Below, one piece after another: positions 1 through 5,907 of a stretch of DNA of 6,044 bases. The DNA is from Octopus sinensis (Eukaryota). The stretch spans positions 1 through 6,044 of the forward strand of contig NW_021829812.1 in assembly GCF_006345805.1 (NCBI RefSeq), in the 5' to 3' direction. A model generated the notes under the pieces. That model made no database searches. It worked only from the letters and a program-made list of their open reading frames with translations, and was not told the DNA's origin. A program made the translations under genes and the position numbers. Numbering within the stretch: the stretch's first letter is position 1; each line of letters opens with the position of its first letter.

Positions 1-161
1 AAATAATTTACTTTACCACACACTGAACTATTAGAAATAGCAGCCAAAAATTTTACCTACTTCTTCTACTATAAGAAAAGTCTCCCAGACAATGTATACT
101 CAAAAATAATTCACGCAGGTATAGAGGGAAAAATAACGAAAGATCACACGTACATGGATTA

Positions 162-224
162 CTTGAGAACACCGTTTCTGGATTAGTTGGATATCGAGAT
201 CAACATTTCCGTCATCAGCCCAAG
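162..224 (-). ncRNA. Candidate minimal type I hammerhead ribozyme (Penelope-like element/retrozyme type)
   Basis: Minus strand reads CUUGGG-CUGAUGA-C-GGA...GUUG...CAAC...UCC-A-GAAA-C-GGU-G-U-U-CUCAAG. Core CUGAUGA is at + 212-218 and GAAA at 175-178. Stem I is 6 bp (CUUGGG/CUCAAG, one G-U). Stem III is 2 bp with a 3-nt loop, and the cleavage triplet is GUU. Stem II is extended but has a non-canonical C.A at its base. Confidence 0.65.
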
Positions 225-461
225 ATTTCTTTAGGTTTGAATTTGAGAGCACTAAGAATCGAACATACCCGTCTGATATGAGTAATCCCAGACAAACCAT
301 CTTCGACCGCCAGTACAAACGAATTCAAAAAGTACGAATGAGGCTTTGTATCCTTCCTCGTCCACCCACGTGAGTTATAGAGCAACAAGTCCCTACAGAG
401 GGATCTGTAGTTTATTATCAGGGAGAGAGAATTATAGTCATATATTGATACAGTTCTGGGA

Positions 462-794
462 ATCTGGGACCCCCTTCGGTCACGACACTGACCATGGGAT
501 TGCACCTAGAAAGTTACCCTCCTAGTCACAAGTCAGGGCAAGGTGGTTTTACGGAAAACCAGCAGTCACCCATGCATACTGGCCTCCTCTCTCCACGCCA
601 CCAGTGTTATCCAAGGGAAAGGCAAAGCCGATACAGCTTGACACCCGTGACGTCGCAACACACATCAGCTACAGGAGTGAACTGGAGCAACGTGAAATAA
701 AGTGTCTTGCTCAAGAACACAACACGCAGCCCGGTCCGGGATTCGAGCTCACAACCTCACGATCGTAAACTCGACGTTCTAACCACTGAGCCAT
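462..794 (-). mobile_element. tRNA-derived SINE with CORE-like domain (resembles octopus OR-type SINEs), 5' end clipped
   Basis: Minus strand has A-box TGGCTCAGTGGTTAG (+779-793), an ACG anticodon-like triplet (764-766), B-box GCTCGAATCCC (738-748), then GTGTTCTTGAGCAAGACACTT (700-720), which resembles the start of the CORE domain. A small hairpin GGTCA-6nt-TGACC (478-493) lies near the 3' end. The family name and the left boundary are from memory and approximate. Confidence 0.8.
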
Positions 795-824
795 GGTATA
801 AACAGATAATTGGACTGTTCTCAG

Positions 825-999
825 TACTGCTCTGAGCTGTGGTCATCATACAGTGTCGGGTTAATAGCGAAACATGAGGCGGTTCAGTGATGCTACACAA
901 GGAAGATTGCATCAATGGAACAGCTGAACTTCTGGGAGAGACCGAAAGAGCTATGACTCTACTCCCTGAAGCGAACACGGGAGAAGTATGCAGTGATAT
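825..999 (+). repeat. Direct duplicate of LINE segment 1519-1692
   Basis: Manual alignment gives 175 vs 174 bp with 8 substitutions and 1 indel (~95%), including a 96-bp identical core (880-975 = 1573-1668). It translates to the same LINE peptide YCSELWSSYSVGLIAKHEAVQ*CYTRKIASMEQLNFWERPKEL*LYSLKR. Confidence 0.95.
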
Positions 1000-1017
1000 T
1001 GTCAATAATAAAAGGGT

Positions 1018-1020
<3 letters not shown>

Positions 1021-1108
<88 letters not shown>
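1021..1108. repeat. Perfect (AT)44 microsatellite
   Basis: 88 bp of uninterrupted AT. Confidence 0.98.
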
Positions 1109-1111
<3 letters not shown>

Positions 1112-2038
1112 TTACACAGACAGCCACACTTACTAGCTATGGCGACGACTCAAAAGTAGTACAAGCAGTCAAGGAACCTTCTGATGCTAATCTTTCTACA
1201 GAAATACCTTGATACCATATATAAACGGGTTGAGGACAACAATATGCAATTTAATGCAGGCAAATTCCAAGCCCTTCGCTACCAGATAATTGGTGCTCAG
1301 AAGTCGCCACAACGATATTTTGGACTGAAAGGAGCGGAAATCCCAGAATCACATATGGTGTGGGATCTTGGGATTGATATGAGCAAATATGCCTCGTTTT
1401 CACATACATATCACCGATGTGGTGGCAGTTTGCAGGCGAATGGCCGGATGGATTCTGAACAACGGACCAGGAAATTATGTTGGTCCTTTGGAGGAGGTTT
1501 GTCCTCAGCCGTCTGGACTACTGATCTCAACTGTGGTCATCTTACAGTGTCGGGTTAATGCGGAACATGAGACGGTTCAGTGATGCTACACAAGGAAGAT
1601 TGCATCAATGGAACAGCTGAACTTCTGGGAGAGACCGAAAGAGCTATGACTCTACTCCCTGAAGCGAAGACTGGAGAAGTATGCAGTGATATATGTGTGG
1701 AAGATACTGGAGCGGCTGGTACCAATCTTTGGAATTGAGCACTATACTAGACCTCGAAATGGACGTCGCTGCACTGTCCCAAGCTGTCCCATCTGAGGTG
1801 AGAACCATGCACTGCAATAGCTTGTGGTTCAAGGGCCCACAGCTATTTAACGCCTTGCCAAAATATCTGAGGGATCTCCACAGAGCAAGAGTGGGGGTTA
1901 GATATTTTCAAAAAACAACTTGACCTCCTGTTAACCAAGATCCCAGATGGACCAATATCCAGGCAGGAAACCCAAAAGAGGGCAGCATGTCGAACTCCCC
2001 TTTCATCAAAAGCCAATAACATAGAATTAGCCAATTAA
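1108..2038 (+). pseudogene. Reverse transcriptase (ORF2) pseudogene fragment of the LINE
   Basis: Several frameshifts (near 1196, 1390, 1460, 1560, 1795, 1890) and in-frame TGA stops. Track ORFs 1184-1558, 1389-1583 and 1693-1923 each carry pieces of it. Confidence 0.88.
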
Positions 2039-2132
2039 AAGGTGATCACCTTTTACACCGTCAGTGTAATCACCCAGCATGGTCAGAACCTCAGTGCTGA
2101 AACATATAAAAGAATAAAAGAATGAAAGAATA
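1108..2132 (+). mobile_element. 5'-truncated, decayed non-LTR retrotransposon (CR1/L2 group LINE), RT C-terminal half plus 3' UTR and tail
   Basis: Stitched frames give TLTSYGDDSKVVQ (YxDD at 1138-1149), LQKYLDTIYKRVEDNNMQFNAGKFQALRY, DLGIDM, CRRMAGWIL, VLSRLDY*SQLWS, NFWERPKEL*LYSLKRRLEKYAVIYVWKIL, GPQLFNALPKYLRDL and FKKQLD, all typical of CR1-group RT/thumb/C-terminal regions. The element ends in CCCAGCATGG...GAAACA followed by a (TAAAAGAA)-like tandem tail (2105-2132). Confidence 0.9.
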
Positions 2133-2311
2133 CATATATATTCATTCATGATAAAAGAGGATGGAATGAACAGGTTTTAATCACAAAACACCACAATTGT
2201 TTCTGTGCCTTAGTAACACCTGATTGTTGCTGAGGTTTTCAATATTACACATATTATTAAATCAATATTATATAAAGGAGTTTTGAAATGCACGTTATTA
2301 GGTTATTACCC

Positions 2312-2385
2312 AAATGATATCATATATATATATACTTACATATATATATATGTATGTACGTATATACATATACATATATACATAC

Positions 2386-2420
<35 letters not shown>

Positions 2421-2466
2421 CATATATATATACCTACATACATATATATCGCACACACACACACAA

Positions 2467-2497
<31 letters not shown>

Positions 2498-2533
2498 GAT
2501 ATATATATATATATAGATATATATTATATATAT

Positions 2534-2569
<36 letters not shown>

Positions 2570-2574
2570 ATATA
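2312..2574. repeat. Compound (TA)n/(TACA)n/(CA)n microsatellite, continuous with the SINE 3' end
   Basis: Direct reading of the sequence; the tract abuts ...TATACGACAGGCTTCTTTC, the 3' end of the reversed SINE. Confidence 0.95.
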
Positions 2575-2732
2575 CGACAGGCTTCTTTCAGTTTCCGTCT
2601 ACCAAATCCACTGACAAGGCTTTGGTCGGTCCGAGTCTATAGTAGAAGACGCTCGTCCAAGGTTCCACGCAGTAGAACTGATCCCGGAACCATGTGGTTG
2701 GTTAGCAAGCTACTTACCACACAGCCACTCCT
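2575..2732 (-). mobile_element. Short tRNA-derived SINE, family 2, copy A
   Basis: Minus strand has A-box-like TGGCTGTGTGG (+2717-2727) and a degenerate B-box (2674-2684). It is homologous to 4013-4170, sharing exact TCTTTCAGTTTCCGT (2584-2598 / 4025-4039), CCAAATCCACTG, CTATAGT and CCATGTGG in the same order. It matches my recollection of an abundant octopus SINE. Confidence 0.85.
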
Positions 2733-2750
2733 TTGCATGTTTCCCCCCTC

Positions 2751-2784
2751 CATAACTGTACACCTACTTTTGCACCAGCCTGTA
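2751..2784 (-). mobile_element. Solitary Tc1/mariner-like terminal inverted repeat with TA target site
   Basis: Reverse complement reads TA|CAGGCTGGTGCAAAAGTAGGTGTACAGTTATG. The TA-CAG start and the GGTGCAAAAGTA motif resemble mariner-type TIRs. No partner TIR is visible in the window. Confidence 0.5.
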
Positions 2785-3047
2785 TATCACACAAAACAAA
2801 ATTTAGAAAATAAAAATTCTAAAACAGAAATTAAACTGGCGTGTAATTCTGAGAAGGCAGTGTGATCGACGATGTGTTTGTAGCGCAATATGTCGACCCA
2901 GCTTCATATCATATGATATGCTTACGTGTAGGGAAACCTTGCTGTGAATATAGAGGGCGCTAAAAGCCGAAATGAGAACATGTGAATGAGACAGCATTAA
3001 GCGATCCAGTAACGTATCTGATGCTTGTTAAATTGGTCTGCTTTTGA

Positions 3048-3063
3048 TGTTGTTGTTGTTGTT
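3048..3063. repeat. (GTT)5 microsatellite
   Basis: TGTTGTTGTTGTTGTT read directly. Confidence 0.85.
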
Positions 3064-3197
3064 TTGTGCAGTTTTTATTGTTGTTTGTTTTAACCTCAAA
3101 CAATTTTCAGAGCAAAGCATAATTACTTTAATATAATAATTATCGAAACTATTAACCTCATTTTCTTTTTGAGAGTGTATATATTCACAATATGTGC

Positions 3198-3251
3198 ATA
3201 CATACATATACTACATACATACATACATACATACATACATACATACATACA

Positions 3252-3281
<30 letters not shown>
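3198..3281. repeat. (TACA)n tetranucleotide microsatellite
   Basis: Perfect TACA run 3212-3281 (~17 units) with a short degenerate lead-in. Confidence 0.97.
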
Positions 3282-3282
<1 letters not shown>

Positions 3283-3432
3283 TTGCATACATACCCCAAT
3301 CATAATACACATTATTTACCCGTTTTTAAGTTACGAAACAATTTGTTGTGATATCAAAATTTTCTTATTGTTAAATAAAATTTCATTAAACTGTTTCTCT
3401 GTCATTTGTGACACATATTCATGTGGTGTAAG

Positions 3433-3436
3433 TATG

Positions 3437-3513
<77 letters not shown>

Positions 3514-3663
3514 GTGTGTATGTGTGTGTGTGTGGCATATATATATAAGTATACATATATATGTATGTGTGTATGTGCGTGTGAGTATATATATATCTGC
3601 ATGTATATAAATATATATGTATATATATTTATGCATCTATATATATGTATATGTATATGTATA
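3433..3663. repeat. Compound (TA)n/(TG)n/(TATG)n microsatellite
   Basis: Direct reading of the sequence. Confidence 0.95.
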
Positions 3664-3854
3664 CGATAGATCGTTAGCCACTACACATTTTTTCTCTCCT
3701 TGTTTCTCTCCTTGTTTTTTCTGTATCCCTTTCTGTAGAAGAGCGTAGGCTCGAAACGTAAAATACTTTTTCTATACCTGAGCGTTATACTAATACATCT
3801 ATTTGTTTTCTACACCACCTGTCTTCGTCTTTTGTTTTTTTCGTAAACTCTCCC
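3664..3854 (+). mobile_element. ~190-bp non-autonomous repeat cassette (Penelope pseudo-LTR/retrozyme-like) flanked by TA microsatellites
   Basis: Unique-looking block bounded on both sides by TA-rich microsatellites. It carries a hammerhead-like motif (3723-3766) and a 12-bp tandem duplication TTTCTCTCCTTG (3691-3714). It resembles a dispersed octopus repeat as I recall it (not verified). Confidence 0.55.
3723..3766 (+). ncRNA. Hammerhead-like motif with variant core
   Basis: UUU-CUGUAGA-A-GAGC(GUAG)GCUC-GAAA-CGU-A-AAA. Stem II is a perfect 4 bp (3741-3752), GAAA is at 3753-3756, stem III is the palindrome ACGU, and the triplet is GUA. Stem I is only UUU/AAA plus GUA/UAC across a bulge. The core has U where A6 is conserved. 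Confidence 0.5.

Positions 3855-3901
<47 letters not shown>
3855..3901. repeat. (TA)n microsatellite
   Basis: (TA)20 at 3861-3900 plus a short lead-in. Confidence 0.97.
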
Positions 3902-3904
<3 letters not shown>

Positions 3905-4012
3905 TGTTGACGTCATAAGAATTTATTTACTTTGGAAGAAGGTTAGATGATTCTTTCGTGGGAACTGGGGATCTCGAAGCATAAAACCCTCCGTCGAGAT
4001 GCTGGATGCATA

Positions 4013-4170
4013 TTACGACGAGCGTCTTTCAGTTTCCGTTTGCCAAATCCACTGGCAAGGCATCTGTCAGTCTGGGGACTATAGTGGTAAAACACTTGCC
4101 CAAAGAAACAAGTAGCAGGATTGAACCCGGATCCATGTGGCAGCGATGTAAACGTACCCCTCAGCTACTA
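4013..4170 (-). mobile_element. Short tRNA-derived SINE, family 2, older diverged copy B
   Basis: Colinear homology to 2575-2732. Minus strand has B-box GGTTCAATCC (+4118-4127), A-box-like TAGCTGAGGGG (4157-4167) and TTGGGCAAGTGTT. Confidence 0.8.
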
Positions 4171-4325
4171 CTTCCGCCTCCAATCGATCACAATGCCCAG
4201 GAGGTGTGGGGATCTCACCTAGCACGGCTAATTAACCAAACATGGCGAACGCTTAAACTGTCAGTCTGTGCGTCGTCTGGTTTACCCGATGTCCGGTTTT
4301 AGCTCAGTTCCTTATTTCTGCGTGC

Positions 4326-4327
<2 letters not shown>

Positions 4328-4376
<49 letters not shown>

Positions 4377-4430
4377 GTGTGGTGTGTGTGTGTGTGTGTG
4401 TGTGTTTGTGTGTGTGTGTTTGTGTGGTGT

Positions 4431-4485
<55 letters not shown>

Positions 4486-4525
4486 TGTGTGTGTTTGTGT
4501 GTGTGTGTGTGTGTGTGTTTGTGTT

Positions 4526-4557
<32 letters not shown>

Positions 4558-4750
4558 TTGTGTTGTGTGTGTGTGTGTGTGTTTGTGTGTGTTTGTGTGT
4601 GTGTGTGTGTGTGTGTTGTGTGTTTGTGTGTGTGTGTGTGTGTTTGTGTGTGTTTGTGTGTGTGTGGTGTGTTTGTGTTGTGTGTGTGTGTGTGTGGTGG
4701 GTGTGTGTGTGTGTTGTGTGTGTGTGTGTTGTTTGTGTGGTGTGGGTGTT
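4328..4750. repeat. Interrupted (GT)n array, 423 bp containing only G and T
   Basis: No A or C between 4328 and 4750; recurrent GTTT, GTTG and GTGG interruptions. Confidence 0.97.
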
Positions 4751-4882
4751 ATATGTTATCGACCACACATACTTAATGTTTACGGCGTGTGTGTTTGCTG
4801 GTAGGCTGCGAATAATGCCGGGTTTTATAACACCTGAAAATGATGGACAAATGAGATAGCTTACCTCAAATCGCATTCAGGA

Positions 4883-4929
4883 GTGATGGACACCGACGTT
4901 TCGGCATTGTTGCGGCTTATCAGTATCAC
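4883..4929 (-). ncRNA. Degenerate hammerhead-like motif (Penelope-type relic)
   Basis: Minus strand reads GUGAUA-CUGAUAA-GCC-GCA(ACAA)UGC-C-GAAA-CGU-C-GGUGUCC-AUCAC. The core has a G8-to-A change, GAAA is at + 4899-4902, stem III is the palindrome ACGU, and the triplet is GUC. Stem I is interrupted (GUGAU/AUCAC). Confidence 0.4.
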
Positions 4930-5055
4930 GTACCCGAAGCAAATCGGAGGTGAATTGTATCGCTAGTCGGCGACTTATATACGTACGATGTAAAAACTGT
5001 GCCGGTAACCGGGATAATGGTTAGGTAGGAATAGGGTCAAATAGGAAATAGAAGC

Positions 5056-5242
5056 AGGGACCGACACAATAAGGGCCAGAGTTGTAATGAAAGCAAACAA
5101 AGAAACAAAGACAAAACGAAAGGACTTGACTCGATTCGTTAGACTAAAATTCCTGAAGGCACTGCCCCAGCATGGCCGTAGTCTAACGACGGAAACAGGT
5201 ACGACATGAAAGAGACAAGATAAGAGATAAAAGATAAAAGAA
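5056..5242 (+). mobile_element. 3' part of a SINE-like element (family 3) with LINE-type tail
   Basis: Ends in CCCAGCATGG-16nt-GAAACA followed by a (TAAAAGA)-like tandem tail, the same architecture as the LINE 3' end at 2073-2132. No tRNA head is visible, and the left boundary is approximate. Confidence 0.65.
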
Positions 5243-5251
5243 CGAACGTGC

Positions 5252-5451
5252 ATGTGTGTGTATGTGTGTATATGCGTGTGTGTGCGTGTGGGTGTGTATG
5301 TGTATATGTGTTATATAATATATATATATATGTGTGTTGTGTGTGTGTGTGGGTGTATATATATTGATAGATAGATGGGTAGATATGTATATATGTATAT
5401 ATTATTGTGTATATATATATATATATATATAAATATATAGATATATATATA

Positions 5452-5499
<48 letters not shown>

Positions 5500-5774
5500 A
5501 TAGATAGATAGTTGGATAGATAGATAGATAGATACATATATACATACATACATACATACATACATACATACGTACATACTTACATACGAACATACACACA
5601 TACATACATACATACATACATGCATATACTCACATTCACATGCACACACATACACACACGTATATATATATTCATTATGCACAATACATATATGTGAGCG
5701 AGTGAGCGTGTGTGTGTGTGTGTGTGTCTGTATGTGTGTATGTGTGTGTGTGTGTGCGTGTGTGTGCGCGTGTA
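5252..5774. repeat. Large compound microsatellite (TG)n-(TA)n-(GATA)n-(TACA)n-(CA)n-(TG)n
   Basis: Direct reading of the sequence. Confidence 0.95.
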
Positions 5775-5897
5775 TTCTATTATTCTTTCTTATCAAAAAC
5801 ATGTCCTCCAGTTAGACAGACGGGAACCGACAGAATCTGCGAGCCCAGGAGAGAAGTCTCCAGTCTGTCGTAGATAAAACCCTCCCCCGGCGGGCCA

Positions 5898-5907
5898 GGA
5901 TTTGAAC
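5898..5907 (-). promoter_or_regulatory. Pol III B-box-like motif (GTTCAAATCC), possibly the head of a decayed tRNA-derived repeat
   Basis: GGATTTGAAC on the plus strand. A weak A-box-like TGGCTCTCTTGTGG lies upstream on the minus strand (~5940-5955). No convincing cloverleaf. Confidence 0.25.

Noticed and set aside
393-421. Hairpin CTACAGA-GGGA-TCTGTAG beside minus-strand CTGATAA as a fourth hammerhead
   Set aside because: No GAAA follows the stem and no stem I or III can be formed; it is an isolated 7-bp hairpin.
100-505. Minus-strand ORFs 100-318 and 215-505 as a Penelope GIY-YIG/RT remnant next to the hammerhead
   Set aside because: No recognisable GIY-YIG or RT motif appears in either translation, and 215-505 starts inside the SINE.
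738-794. Possible tRNA-Arg(ACG) gene
   Set aside because: The acceptor stem is missing, the B-box is mutated, and the sequence continues into a CORE-like SINE body, so it is a SINE head.
1138-1149. YGDD motif as in picorna-like viral RdRp (possible endogenous viral element)
   Set aside because: The flanking peptide is clearly CR1-group LINE RT; GGC is one substitution from GCC (YADD) in a decayed copy.
825-1692. Direct repeats as LTRs or a CRISPR-like array
   Set aside because: Both copies are internal LINE coding sequence with no TG...CA ends, PBS or regular spacers.
2283-2865. Long YI/HT-rich ORFs (also 887-1159, 3169-3669, 5139-5802)
   Set aside because: They are translations of TA/TACA microsatellites, which lack stop codons in some frames; there is no protein-like complexity.
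2852-2965. Cys-containing short frames (e.g. RCVCSAICRPSFISYDMLTC) as an EGF-like exon
   Set aside because: The Cys spacing is not convincing, there is no clear splice-site pair, and the frames are short.
3281-3288. ATTTGCAT octamer motif
   Set aside because: It lies at the decaying edge of the TACA array and is easily produced by mutation of the repeat.
4238-4255. AAACATGGCG, a strong Kozak/YY1-like start context
   Set aside because: The frame closes after four codons (MANA*), there is no splice donor or promoter support, and a single short motif is expected by chance.
4268-4876. Cys/Val-rich and His/Thr-rich ORFs of 148-190 aa resembling metallothionein or His-rich proteins
   Set aside because: They are pure read-through of the (GT)n array in several frames at once.
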